Source: Epithemia pelagica (Eukaryota; Protista; Bacillariophyta). Taken from it: 64,000 nt of DNA. The DNA lies in contig OX337237.1 of assembly GCA_946965045.2 (NCBI GenBank), positions 3,369,039 to 3,433,038 of the forward strand, given 5' to 3'. A program made the translations under genes and the position numbers. The notes beneath the pieces were generated by a model. That model did not search any database. It was not told where the DNA came from and saw only the letters and a program-made list of their open reading frames with translations. Positions 11,485 to 23,195 of this stretch are shown one piece after another. The first letter of the stretch is position 1; each line of letters starts with the position of its first letter.

Positions 11485-12661
11485 ATGACCACAATACTGA
11501 AAGAACGAGCATTGCAGTCGGGCCTTGTCTTATCGGACGAGACACCTGAATGGAATGAAAACAAGTGGCCGCCGCTGGAGGGTGGATGGCGCTGGCATCA
11601 TGCTACGGTCGTACTCGATCATCCCGATGAAGACAACAACATCATCAGGGGACAAACCGTCGTTGTGTTGGGTGGCTATCATCAACGCCAAGGTGGCACC
11701 AATTCCGTCCTTGTATTGAATCTAGCAGTCACAAACATGCGATGGCGAGAAGGACCATCCATGGACAAGAGTCGTCGTGAACATGCCGCTGTTGTGTGCA
11801 ATGGCGCTGTCTACGTGATAGGAGGACACAATCAAGGTCCGTTAGATTGTATCGAAAGAATTGACGTAAAGGATTTGCTGCGATCATCTTCGACATCCAG
11901 CACCACACAGGACAGCCCTTGGATGACATTGACATGTCGATTATCAACGCGACGGTTTGGATGTTGTGCTGTTGCGGTTCACAACCGATACATCGTTGTA
12001 ATAGGTGGCTATTACAACCTTCGTTTTTTGTCGTCAGTGGATTTTCTTGATACCAGGAATCACATTGTCACTTCTGGACCATCCATGACTGTTAAACGAC
12101 AATATTGTGCCAGTGCGGTTATTGGTCACCGCATCTTTGTCGTTGGAGGTTGGAACGAGCGTGGCAATCTTGACTCGGTGGAGTATTTAGACCTTACAAG
12201 GCCATGTGGTACTGAAAAGACAAAGGAGGACTCGGCTAATACATTCATCTCCTTCTCACCCACCTGGACCACTCATTCCGAGTTGCTTTCCATTTCACGC
12301 AATGGTTGCCGTGGGATCTTGTCTGGTGGTGGCGGGAGGACGAGGCAATTCAAGTGTGGACGTCTTGGATACGCACCGCAACCGTGTGTGGAATCTTCGA
12401 CCGTTTAGTACTTTTCGCAGGGGCTGCGGTATGGTGACTGTTGCAAATCAAGTTGCGGTGATTGGTGGTAACGGCAATCCTACCTGTGCGACATTACCAC
12501 TAATGGACAAGAATACATGGTGTTTTCTTGAACTCTCGGAACGAATGGTATCATTGTTTAGACAGATCGGGAAACGGGATGTCAATGTATCTTCCCGCAC
12601 CAACTCGACGTCCACTCTTAAAGATTTAGGACCAATACATATGATGGAGGATAGGACTTGA
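11485..12661 (+). pseudogene. Kelch copy K2, frameshifted
   Basis: ATG 11485 (MTTILKERALQSGLV). A deletion near 12285-12300 shifts the frame; blades 5-6 continue in ORF 12206-12661 (VAVGSCLVVAGG...DKNTWCF). The C-terminal motif has decayed to WCFLELSER. Confidence 0.85.
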
Positions 12662-13119
12662 AATGTGCAACAAGTTGCACGGCCATGAGCCCGGCAACTA
12701 TAATTATACTCTCGTACAAAACAGGAGATCGTGTCCATCCTAAGTAACGTTGTCAATTACTTAACTCTTTTGGGACGGCAAATTTTTTACTCCGGTCATT
12801 GACCATTTGGTTAAAATTTTTACTTAACAAAATCACCGATCACTTATAGGATTCTCCACGTAAGCGATGACTCCCAACTCGTGATTCAAAAACCATTGAC
12901 CATAAGGACAATTCCGAAAATCGAGACTTTGTCGTTAATGTAACTCAACAACCAAACCATTTGGTCATTACTCCTTCATACATACTCTTCCATTTGTTAC
13001 AAGCTTTCAGTAGCCGGTCCAAATGCCGAATTCCGACCGGTAGTTCTTGCGTACGAGCAGTTTTGGGAGTATTTCGTACCCTCATTTTTGTTGCACCTCC
13101 TTCGTCTACGACCTTCACC

Positions 13120-15627
13120 ATGGCAGATCGGTCAACACAAGACACCGACAAGCCTCCTACGGCTGCGAGGGAACTTGACTTTCGACAGCCTGACTCCGAT
13201 GATGACGAAGATAACGAAGAAACCTCTGTCCCTTTGATTTCTGCTCATACTCCCACAGAAGAACAAATCAGTGCTTGGAGATCGGAAAACAAGTACATTG
13301 ATGAACAGATGGCTGCGTCGGACCTGGTTCTATTCAACCCGGTGGCTTGTGCTCAGGCTTACAAAGACGACGGCCCACTTGGACTATTCTTCCAGTTCAT
13401 CCCGCGAGGATTCATTGATCGCTTCATGCTCAAGGCCACACAAGAAGAATTGGCCTCCAAGGATGGCAACTCTGGCAAGAAGATTGTCCTTACACCCAAG
13501 CTTTTTCGGTGTGTCATTGGATTAGATATCGCATTATCTCTTTGCAACAGTACCTCCATCAAGGAACTGTGGAGCTCTAAAATGTTTCTCGGCTCTTTGT
13601 CATTCTCGAATTCTATGGCCAGAGACACCTTCACTACCGTCCGTGGTTCGTTGAAGGTGTATTCGACATCGACATGTCGCAACATGGAAGACCCGCTGTG
13701 GCAAGTCCGACCGCTTCTTGGACACGTTCTCCGAAATTTCGCTTCTGTTGGGTATGTTGTTGGGCCCGTTGCGCTTGACGAGGCGAGTTGTCCGACCAAA
13801 GCAAGGACCAAAGCGTCGTCCTACCTTCCGTCTAAACCGGATAAATTTGCCATCCGTTTTTACGCTCTTGTTGGTTGGAAGAGCGTTTATACGTTCGCCT
13901 TGTGGGATAATGGCACCGGTAATGGACTCAACCAAACGCCTGCCGAACGCTTTATGAAGGTCTTCGGTGAACTTTGGTCCTCCTTCAATCAGTTTTCACA
14001 AGCGTGCAAAAGTCGGATGCGCAACGCTTGTCCAGTAGCATTTGACAGCGCATCAATGCTTTGGGTGCTGATGATTGGATTGCTATACAGGTCGATAGCA
14101 GGAGCTGCTTCTCATCGCCGCAGCAACGATTCCCAAGTCCATACTGTCGTGTATATGGACAATTACTATACACGACACGCATTAGCCCGGGCTTGTTCGG
14201 ATTTCACAGACAATTCCATGAAAGTGACCGGTACCGTCAAGATGAACCTTGTTGACAAGGTGAACAAACCATCTGTGATCCAGGCAACGAAAGATTTAGA
14301 AAAACTTCCTCGTGGTTCCTGGATTTTGGTCCAGGTCTACACGGCCGTGATTCATCCGGACAGTAAAATACAAAAAGAGAAAGAAAAAAAGGACGGTTAT
14401 TCTAAGTCGTTACCAAGAGCGAAAGTCGGCTTCGACGAGTCCGATATACTCGAGGTCGCCAATGAATACTGTATTGTTGCGAAACGATGCGGTTTCATTG
14501 TCTTTCATGATAAAAAGCCCGTCGTTTTCTATACAAATGATCTGGCGGATACTCCCCAAACTTTGTTCGGTGACAAGAGTGACGAGCATGCCGTAAGATG
14601 TGTACATGGTCTTGCCACGTTGTTTCGGTGGACGGGGGATTCGTATCACGCCAAGCAATCATTCAAGGTCCCAGCCCCTGTGGTGGCATACAATTTGTTC
14701 ATGAACGGGGTTGATCGGGCGGACCAGATGCGATCGACGAATGCTTGTCGACGCAAGGAGAAACATCTCCATATGACGATCTGGCATTTTGTCGTGGATC
14801 TCTGCATTCTGATTGCGTTCCAAGTGTACCTGAAACTTCGCAATTCACAATTGATCGACGCTAAAAAGCAAGGCACAGAAGAAGAAGAAATTCGAATGGC
14901 CAAAGAGATGCCTTTGAGGGAGTTCAAGAGGAAGGTCTGTGTGGCATTGTGCATGCCGTATGCAGAAACCTACAATGCCACGAAGAAAACAAATAGCAAA
15001 GCCGGTCCACAGGTTGCGTCGGCTGAGAACGTTCAAGCCAAGTTGCCACCTCGTCCCCCAGCACGATACAAGACACCGCCGGTCCGAGGAAGAAAACTAA
15101 GAAGTTCTACGTCTTCGACAAGGAAGAGTGCCCGTTTTGAAGTTGACCTGGAAGCGGATACTCCTGGTGGTGCAAGCGAGGTAACCAAAGCCTCCCAAGC
15201 TTCGACGGAAACAGAAAAGACTGTCCAGCCACTCCGTTTTGAGACCAATTTGTCTCATCACATTCTTCAACCCAACCCAGTCAATCATGGACGCCGACAC
15301 AGAAGCACATGCTACTTGTGTAGCATCATTGGCACTGGCGGCACACATCCAGTCACGAGCTATGGATGTGTGCAATGTCAACGGTGCTTCCATCCCGAGT
15401 GTTTTTCACTCTACCACAACAGTTGGAAGGTGGCCTTTTGCAATGATCGTTGTAAAGAGATTCGCGATCTGTTAGAGGGTTTCTGGACCGCGAATCCCCA
15501 TGTCCTCGAATACAACATGGAAGGCGAAGATACACCAACAAAGGAAGATGTGGAAGAGTACGAGATTCAACAAGGCAAGAAGGGAATTTGTGCGAAAGAA
15601 GAAGACATTCGAAAATTTGGAGAATAA
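13120..15627 (+). CDS. piggyBac DDD transposase (DDE_Tnp_1_7-like) with C-terminal Cys-rich domain, 835 aa
   Basis: Catalytic motifs VALDEA, YMDNYYT and YNLFMNGVDRADQ; PSKPDKFAIRFY; C-terminal CYLC...CVQCQRCFHPEC. ORF uninterrupted from ATG 13120. Confidence 0.93.
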   Translation: MADRSTQDTDKPPTAARELDFRQPDSDDDEDNEETSVPLISAHTPTEEQISAWRSENKYIDEQMAASDLVLFNPVACAQAYKDDGPLGLFFQFIPRGFIDRFMLKATQEELASKDGNSGKKIVLTPKLFRCVIGLDIALSLCNSTSIKELWSSKMFLGSLSFSNSMARDTFTTVRGSLKVYSTSTCRNMEDPLWQVRPLLGHVLRNFASVGYVVGPVALDEASCPTKARTKASSYLPSKPDKFAIRFYALVGWKSVYTFALWDNGTGNGLNQTPAERFMKVFGELWSSFNQFSQACKSRMRNACPVAFDSASMLWVLMIGLLYRSIAGAASHRRSNDSQVHTVVYMDNYYTRHALARACSDFTDNSMKVTGTVKMNLVDKVNKPSVIQATKDLEKLPRGSWILVQVYTAVIHPDSKIQKEKEKKDGYSKSLPRAKVGFDESDILEVANEYCIVAKRCGFIVFHDKKPVVFYTNDLADTPQTLFGDKSDEHAVRCVHGLATLFRWTGDSYHAKQSFKVPAPVVAYNLFMNGVDRADQMRSTNACRRKEKHLHMTIWHFVVDLCILIAFQVYLKLRNSQLIDAKKQGTEEEEIRMAKEMPLREFKRKVCVALCMPYAETYNATKKTNSKAGPQVASAENVQAKLPPRPPARYKTPPVRGRKLRSSTSSTRKSARFEVDLEADTPGGASEVTKASQASTETEKTVQPLRFETNLSHHILQPNPVNHGRRHRSTCYLCSIIGTGGTHPVTSYGCVQCQRCFHPECFSLYHNSWKVAFCNDRCKEIRDLLEGFWTANPHVLEYNMEGEDTPTKEDVEEYEIQQGKKGICAKEEDIRKFGE

Positions 15628-15694
15628 GAGAGAGAGATTTGATTCATAGAAAACTAGGTACACGATAAGATATTCAATAATTTAGTAATGAGGT

Positions 15695-16438
15695 TTATTC
15701 TACGCTGTCATCTGTAGAGGAGGCCGAATTGTCATCACTATCTTCGTGGTTGGTATCACCTTCTTTGAGGGATGAATCGGCGTCGAATGGAGCACCGGAA
15801 TTACGGAATCCAACGTAGTCGCCATTTGGATCGGGGTACATTTTGTGAATCATTAGCTCAATACACTGTGGAATCCGAACTCGGTTCCAACGACCCAATG
15901 ATCCATACTTGGACGCGATATAGAACTTGTAGAGGTGATGCCGTGTGGCGCGATTGTGTCCGTTGTTTCGTTTATGGGCTTCAAGACCTGCGGTTTGAAG
16001 GGCAATTTCATAAGTCACGCCATCACAGGGGGAAAGTCCACATTGGTCGCAAAGAAGGTCGTTGTTGTTTTGTATAAAAGAAGAGACAACTGCTGCTGGT
16101 TTGGAGTCTTCGGCTTTGTCCTCCTTGTCTTCTTTGTCTCCTTCAGTTTCGGTGTCAACTCCTTTGGTCCGTTCCTTGTCTTCATCTTTCTTGATCATTG
16201 CCTTCACGTCGGAATCGATGATCTGCTGGTTGATTGCTTGAAGATCGATTTTCTTGTTCTCTTGTTGTGCTTGTTGTAACAATTCACCACCCAACGGACT
16301 TAGGAAGAGAGGGGACGACGATGCTTTGCAAACATGCTTGTAGGTAGCGGGATCCTCTTCGTCTATGTAAATCGTCTGTGATTCAGATGTTGGAGTACTT
16401 GGCTTGTACCGTTTCGAATGTTTGGAAGGAGAGTCCAT
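15695..16438 (-). CDS. piggyBac passenger ORF (247 aa) with a P2X7-ballast-like C-terminal domain
   Basis: ATG-initiated ORF inside the TIRs, convergent with the transposase. CDQCGLSPC followed by NRATRHHLYKFYIASKYGSLGRWNRVRIPQCIELMIHKMYPDPNGDYVGFR, which aligns by eye with the P2X7 C-terminal pattern NxxxRHxxYxxYxxxxxGS...PxCxxxxIxxxxPxxxGxYxGF. Confidence 0.7.
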   Translation of the reverse strand: MDSPSKHSKRYKPSTPTSESQTIYIDEEDPATYKHVCKASSSPLFLSPLGGELLQQAQQENKKIDLQAINQQIIDSDVKAMIKKDEDKERTKGVDTETEGDKEDKEDKAEDSKPAAVVSSFIQNNNDLLCDQCGLSPCDGVTYEIALQTAGLEAHKRNNGHNRATRHHLYKFYIASKYGSLGRWNRVRIPQCIELMIHKMYPDPNGDYVGFRNSGAPFDADSSLKEGDTNHEDSDDNSASSTDDSVE

Positions 16439-17960
16439 GGTGCAAAGGTCGTAAGGACGACACTAATGAAGCACAGTTATGGATTCGAGTCCTGTAACAA
16501 TATTCCCTATAGATTATTCTTACGTGGTTTGGAATCCCCAAGAGATTTTTTGTCCATTTTGTTAAGTGGCGAAATGGGTCACTAAAAATGTGAAATGACC
16601 GACCATATGGTCAAAAGTAGAGGTCGCCGTCCCAAAAGAGTTAAGTTAATGGAAAACTTTAAACCACTATACCTATACAGGAATGGCTTGCTCTGTCGAA
16701 AAAAGACATTCTAGTAGACGGGTATCACAGAGCAACTCCTAGCATATTTTGAAGGCACCAGCCTGCGTAGAAGATGACCGCACATGAATTTCCCTCTGAA
16801 TCCATGGTGTTTGTGGCAGTCGGATCCATCCGCGATAGAATTGATTCTTGTGAGTGAATCGGCTGTCGACCGAGGTCGACAAAGGTTAAGGACACAAAGT
16901 CACCACGACAACTCATGAGACTATTGGACCATACAGAACAGCCAGCTCGAGACACGAATATCTGCAAGTTTGTGCGACAAGTTGGTTCTGGGTTGTTTGA
17001 TATTGTCTCCCAATCGCAAACCACTTTTGATCGTGATAACATGATTTCCTGCTTTGGTTGTTCGTGGACAAAGCCGCACCATTTGTGAACCACACGAGGT
17101 TGGGGCCACGTTGTAAGGCGAAAGAGGAACATGGTCCATTGTCGAATGTAAATGGTGGTGGGCGTCGTTGTTCCTTCGCTACAGTGTCCTTAGAATTGCC
17201 ACAGTGGTGTGGGTGTTGTGGGTGGATGGTTGAGACTTTGTCGTCGTGTCTCAATGGTCCTGTTACTATTGTCTTGTGACAGGGCCATCGTTGTCGCTGT
17301 GGTTGCTTGATGCAGCCAGGGAAGAGCTAGGGAGGTGTCTGGTTGGTGCAGTTGGTGTGTGGTGAATGGTGGAAGCAACACCCCCACTCGTTGTTCTACC
17401 ACAGCTGAGTGACCGTTGACCAAACTCGAGGCTTGTTCCAATCCTGTACATTCCTGAGTCATGCTGCCAACCACGTGAATCATGGTTGTGACGGACAGTT
17501 GCATCAAAAAAGGGTCGCTCTCGTCCTTGTGTTCTTCTCTTGCGGTTCTTGTGGGTTGTTTCCAAGGTCTAGTGGGGGATGGTGAAGAGTTTTCTTATTC
17601 TGACTGCGGCTCACATGTACAGGTCGATGATCAGGTGAGGAGGAGGACGATAACGAACTTGACAATGCACCGCTGTATTACGAGATCAAAAGCATGGGGA
17701 AGATTGCCATTGTCGTAAAAGGCCAACCATCACCCCAGAAAGAGTCTTTCTCCAGGGGAGACAGGATAGAAAGTAAGGCAGAAATGGCTGCCAGAAGGCG
17801 CGAAAAGGTCAATCTCCGGAGCAAAAGACGGCGACAGCGACAGCGACACATTGTGGTGGAGGTATCTTTTTCCTGTCGTTTCGATGGATCTTCCCCCCCC
17901 CCAAAACTGGTGTGGAGTCCCCCTCCCCAAAGTCTGTAAAGTCCATTCCAAATCTTGGTC

Positions 17961-19505
17961 TGATTCCTTTGCGTAGTAAGAATCAAAAACAAACTTCATT
18001 CTCAACAGACCGTGGAACATGATCACACAACCATTGACACGGGTAGAATTTGGAATGGGTAATTCGATTGCGACCATGTTGTGCTTTGCTGCATATTGGC
18101 GAATTTCCTCGAACTTTTTGGTACGCTTGTTCATTACCAATGCCACAAGTTTGAGAGCGGCCTTGTAGACTTTGACAAAGTCAGGGAACTCGTCCTGAAT
18201 TGAGCCACCACGGCGCCGCACAGCAATACCAGTTCCGTGTTTCAGGATCAACTCAGCACGGTGCATGTCACATTTCCCGCCGGTCTGATTACCGACGATA
18301 TATTTTCCTGCTAAAACAGCAGCATTCGTATTATCGTTCACTGACGAAGACAAATCCCGTTGTGTGAAACCAACCGATCCTAGTATATCCAGGGTGTGCT
18401 TTGCGACAGCGGCCGCAGAATGCCCAGCTACTTCACTCAATCCCAGAGGGATCCTGTACATTGCACAGTTCCTTGGGTCGACCAGGAAAATGCATATTCC
18501 CAGGATATCTTTCCTGTGCCCTTGCCATATATCATGGCAAATTGTTCCAAAGGGAATTGCCTTTCCGCAGAGTGCCTTGTACGCATTCCGAATGTTTCTA
18601 CCCAACATGGCAATGGTCCGCATGAACGAATTATAGGAAGTAAGTCGCATTTTCGTAATGGCCTTATTGCTCATTACTGCGTCATTCTTGGATAATTTTG
18701 GGCCCTGCAGAATGGCAAATTGTAGCAGCTGCCGAAAGCTTTCCTTCTCTACGGTCGATGTAGGAAGGCCGTTGTCATTGACAAACCTGTAGATTGCTTC
18801 CTTAAATTTGGATCGGGCCTCTTCTTTGGATAGCATGGTCGCCCCTTTGTATGATGTCATGAGCGACTGGCTGCTTTCCACATTCGTCGGGTGTTGAATG
18901 CCTTCTTCCTCTTCCTTTTCGACGAGCTTCGGATGAAAGTCTCGTCGGTGTTGTCCAACGTTGGATGACACACCTTTTGGCTGGGTGCCACAGAGAAGAG
19001 TGGACTGTAAGAAGGAGGCGTTTGGGTCCTTGAAGCAAATGGGACATACAACCAGACGTTTACAGATTGATCCCCATGTCGATTTCGGCGCTTCCTGATC
19101 TTCACGGGAGGCTTGTCTTATCATGTCAAAGCATCTGATCAGGCCCTCGTATGGAACAAGTTCTTGTGATGGGATTTTCTGTCGTTGTTTAACAAGGTGG
19201 GTGAAATCAAGATGATCAACTTTCCCCCAATAGGAATTGAGATTCTTGAAATGTTTCTTTGGTGGGTCTCGGAATTTGACTTAGGATTTTTCTTTCTTGA
19301 ACAATTCTTGTACTTCCTCTGCAACCGGATCAGCTAAGTCACTGTCATCAACACCATCAACGGTAGAGGAAGATCCTTCATTTTGAACTGTAGCAACATT
19401 TTGATTGTTGTTTGAGTCGGCTTGGGTTACTTGGGTCAAATTGTTTGCGTTGTTTTGGGAAGAAGGAGGTGACTGGGACGAGTTGTTTGTGTTGCTGTTT
19501 GACAT
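17961..19505 (-). pseudogene. hAT-family transposase, in-frame stop and 3'-truncated
   Basis: BED-like finger VCPICF...HRRDFH; NGLPTSTVEKESFRQLL; ICHDIW (first D); SVNDNTN (second D); CDMH; PNSTRV. ORF 19281-19592 is in frame with ORF 17730-19124 across a TAA at 19283-19281. At 17960 it joins host repeat sequence also found at ~48950-48997. Confidence 0.85.
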
Positions 19506-19779
19506 GGTGGAATCAGACAAAGTCGATAGAGAAACTGGGCTTTGAAGATTGTTTTGATGGATCGAATAACCAGGATACAAGCATGAAGACATGTGCGTCC
19601 TAGCATGAGGGGAAAGATGAAAGGATCAGGGATGTTTCTTGCTGTGGGTCAATGACCAAGGAGAAAGAGTATGAAGGGGTGCTGGTTGGTTGCTGATATA
19701 CGAGGAGACGATGTATCTTGTCACTATGAGATTTTGTATGGTTGGGATCGGCAATACAAGACATACGAGGAAATATAGA

Positions 19780-20130
19780 ATTCTATGCTAGGGAAATGTG
19801 AATTGAATTGAAATAGAGAATTCGTATTGCAGGGAATGGCGAAATGGAATGGAATTGGGAATTTGGAAATACGTGGGGAGGAAATGAATGGAAATTCAGA
19901 ATTGTCGAAGACAGTACTTGAAATGAAATTGGGAATTGGGAATTGTGAGGGGAGGGGTGGGGAAAATGGAGGGAAAATAGGAAATTTCCTTGTCGTAACT
20001 GTCAAAATGAACTAAAATTGTGTATTTGGGATTTCATGGACGGTGAAATAGGCGGAAATAACGGAATTTCGCTTAAATTTCTTCCCAATTTTGGGAATTA
20101 GAAAAAATCTCAATTCGGAATTCAAAACCC
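19780..20130. repeat. Array of GGAAAT/GGAATT-like short motifs, probably hAT subterminal repeats
   Basis: Dense gggaaat, ggaattg and gaaatg motifs upstream of the hAT ORF. The subterminal role is inferred. Confidence 0.55.
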
Positions 20131-20399
20131 TGCTGTGTAGCTTCCCAAAACCGCGCGGTGCCGAAAAGTAGTTCGCATTCATTTCACCTTGCACGGTGTA
20201 CCGGCTGGGAGCTGGGGTAATCCTGAGCAGCTCGCTGTCATGCCAGGCAAAGTCTGACTACAAAGCGGAACACGACCAGAACGCTTAATCGATGTACTAT
20301 AGCATAAACTATGAACATGGACAAATAGAGAACTAATAGAAAGATTTAGGCCCACCACCACCCGGTTTTTGCAACCGCCCCAAATCATACTACATTAAT

Positions 20400-21501
20400 T
20401 TACAGACGCACCATCTTGTGCTTCATGCCGCCTTCAAATTGTGCGTCCGGCTCATGTAGGGAAATCAACAACGCTCTGAATCCGTTTGTTGTGTCGTACA
20501 TAAATTCGTAGTCGAACCTGCTTTGGACCATGAAAGGAAGAGAAAGAGAAAACTTTGACCTGACAAAGTCTGTTTCTCTTTTTCGCATCTGATTCAGTCT
20601 GTTTCTCTTTTTCGCATCTGATTCATGGCGTCTTCCAAAGCAAGTTTCATTCGTAGGTTTTTCTCCTCGACATGCCACTCTCTGTGCATGTGTTGGGTTA
20701 GATAATGGATATGAGTTGCGTTGTCAGGCCAAATTACCTTCACATGTACCTGTAGCTGGCTCGGATCCACTTCAATCAAGCAATTTGTTGTGTCTTCATG
20801 TGCAATACCTGTAGGCAACACCACCAAAATCACCAAATGACGCTGTTTCTTGTCGTCGACCCACTGTGTCAAGACATGAGGAGGCTCCCAATTCCTCATC
20901 ATGTCATTACCACTGTCTTCTTCATTCGTCTTTTTCCTCTTTTGTTGTAGTTGTACCTGTAGTGTCTCCTGTAATGGCATGGATCCTGCCGCCCTTTTCT
21001 TCACCATAGCATCGTCACTGACAACAGACTCAGGAGCGACCTTGGCAGCAACACCTGGTCATAAAAGACAATAAACCACAACAGGTAAGGACAGTGACTC
21101 AACAATCAAACAAACAGTGTACACTGGCACTTACCTTGTCCTTTGGACGACCCAAACAAAGAAGGAGCTGGTTTGAGATCTCCATCATTGGGGTTCCTTA
21201 CCTTTCCATCCATAGATGGGGCCGTCTCACCACGACCCAACAACTCATGACCAGTCTCTCTCTCATGTTGATCCTTCAAGTGGACTTGGTATTTTCTTTT
21301 GGCTTTGTTGAGTGCCGACCTGAATGATTCCAATTTGTACTTTTGGAAAACAGCGTGTTCCAACCACACAGATTTGGGTGTGGCGCTCTCCAGAATCAAG
21401 CCTTCTGACACGATTTTGTCAAGGAATTCGGCATCTGTTGACTTTGAATTCCACGAAAGTAGGGCACCCTCGCCCAAAGTGTTGCGGCCAGACCTGGTCA
21501 T
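20400..21501 (-). pseudogene. Harbinger accessory (probable DNA-binding) gene; intron 21132-21055; frameshifted by a 29-bp tandem duplication at ~20566-20624
   Basis: ATG 21501; helical motif WNSKSTDAEFLDKIV...FQKYKLESFRSALNKAKRKY; phase-1 GTAAGT...CCAG intron joins ORF 20594-21007; the duplicated agtctgtttctctttttcgcatctgattc creates a premature stop. Confidence 0.7.
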
Positions 21502-21694
21502 CGGAGTGTAGGTACTATTAGTACGTAAAACAGAAGCGCGAGGGAGTGCAAAACCAGACTGGTCTGTTCGCACGAAAACTAATTATGACCCTAAAAACAG
21601 TTCACCAAAATCCGGACTGGGTCGGTTTTCATCATGGACTCCATTTTTCAATCGAGGAGGCCATGCCCAATTTGGCTCCAATTCTGAAAGTAGT

Positions 21695-21917
21695 GCGACC
21701 CACGTATTGCCCTTACCTTGGGTCAACCGTGTGTCGTTCGTCCAAGTGAATTGGGCACTTATAAGGTGTCCTGGGTCGGTTTTAAAAAAACGAGCTGGGT
21801 CGGTTTTTTCGAGCCAGGTCGTTTTTTCAAAACCGACCCAGGACACTTTCTAGTGGTTCAAATGATATAATCAAGCGACCCACAGTTAACCCAAGATAAG
21901 GGCAATATGTGGGTCGC
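21695..21917. repeat. 42-bp inverted repeat pair enclosing inverted GGGTCGGTTTT motifs in the Harbinger intergenic region
   Basis: 21695-21736 matches the reverse complement of 21876-21917 at 37/42. Internal ctgggtcggtttt occurs twice plus aaaaccgacccag once. Confidence 0.8.
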
Positions 21918-22257
21918 TTAAGATGTAGAAAGTAATAGGATGTTGGCGAGGTAGGGCCATTCAGAAATTCCAGTTTTTGAATGAAAACGATTTTTGAATC
22001 GATTTCTGCACCGTTCCAGGCCGGTTCCAATGACCGGACACGAATTCGAATTGGTCACTATATGTAGAACAGTACAAAGTTTAGTGTCGCTGCTCAACTG
22101 ACCAGCCAATCAAATGAACGTGATGAAATTCCAAAAAACCTGTTCCAATGAACTGACAGTACTACACACAGACAGACCGAGATCAGAGTAAAGGTGTGGT
22201 CAGCATCGCGACACACACTGAGCAAACATAAATTTTCCAAAGCGGTTTTCTCCCACC

Positions 22258-23195
22258 ATGTTGGTGACACAACGAACATTCATCAACTTGGCTCTGCCAA
22301 TGCTTGGTAGAGCAAGACACTCACACTCACTTGATTTCTCACGTGCTTTTCGTTCTTACTTTGGAATGTCTCCTTTGCTCTGTGTTCATGTGTGGGATGA
22401 ACTGGACAGTTCATTGCCCAAAGGTGCATCGCCTCGTCATTTGTTGTGGACACTGGCTTTTCTGAAAGTCTATGCTACAGAGGATGTTATGGTCTCAATA
22501 GCCAAAACAACGAGGAAGACCTACAGGAAGTGGGTCAAAGTGTTTGTAAATTTGTTGTATAGTGGTCTTAATTATGTAAGTACATGGCCCTACATGAATT
22601 TGCCATGAAGTCGTCGTCCTCATATCTGACCATTGCTGTTGTTCTTATTCAGATTGTATGGGACAATAGGTTTGATTGTTGTGTACCTGGACAGGTCTGT
22701 TTCATTAGTTTGGATGGTACTGACTTCAGGATTTTGGAGCCGTCACCTTTTGATCCAAAATGGTACTCGCACAAGTTTAAGGGAGCAGGTGTGAGGTATG
22801 AGGTGGGAATCTGCCTGAAAACTGGCTGGATAGTGTGATGGAATGGTGCATTCCCTTGTGGCGCTTGGCCAGACCTACGGATTGCCAGAGACTGGATTGT
22901 TCAAGAGCTACTACCGAATGAAAAAGTGATTGCTGATGGTGGTTACAACGATTCTGGATGCTACTTTGTCACACCTACTGGAAGAAATGACTATCAAGAC
23001 AAGATGATGGCTGATGCCAGGGCGAGACATGAAACTGTCAACAATTTACTGAAACATTACAATATCTTAAAGGAGAAATACAGAGGAGATCTGGATGGGC
23101 ATCACAAGGTGTTTGGAGCAGTGGTGAATCTGGTTCAGATGAAGATTGAAAATGGTGAGGCGAAAGTGTTTCAGATCGAAGTGGAAGATGACTAG
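22258..23195 (+). pseudogene. Harbinger DDE transposase (DDE_Tnp_4-like); intron 22576-22652; premature TGA at 22836-22838
   Basis: HLLWTLAFLKVY; ISLDGTDF; WYSHKFKGAGVRYEVG; IADGGY; ARARHETVN. Phase-0 GTAAGT...CTGAC...TCAG intron of 77 nt. Confidence 0.9.

Larger units (their letters stand above)
12765..16640 (+). mobile_element. piggyBac DNA transposon, apparently complete (3876 bp)
   Basis: Perfect 15-bp TIRs CTCTTTTGGGACGGC (12765-12779) and GCCGTCCCAAAAGAG (16626-16640); TTAA on both sides (12761-64, 16641-44); subterminal inverted 12-mer 12822-12833 / 16556-16567; paralogous empty site near 37590-37630. Confidence 0.95.

Noticed and set aside
17730-17960. C-terminus of the 464-aa hAT ORF
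   Set aside because: Read-through into host repeat DNA that also occurs at ~48900-48997.
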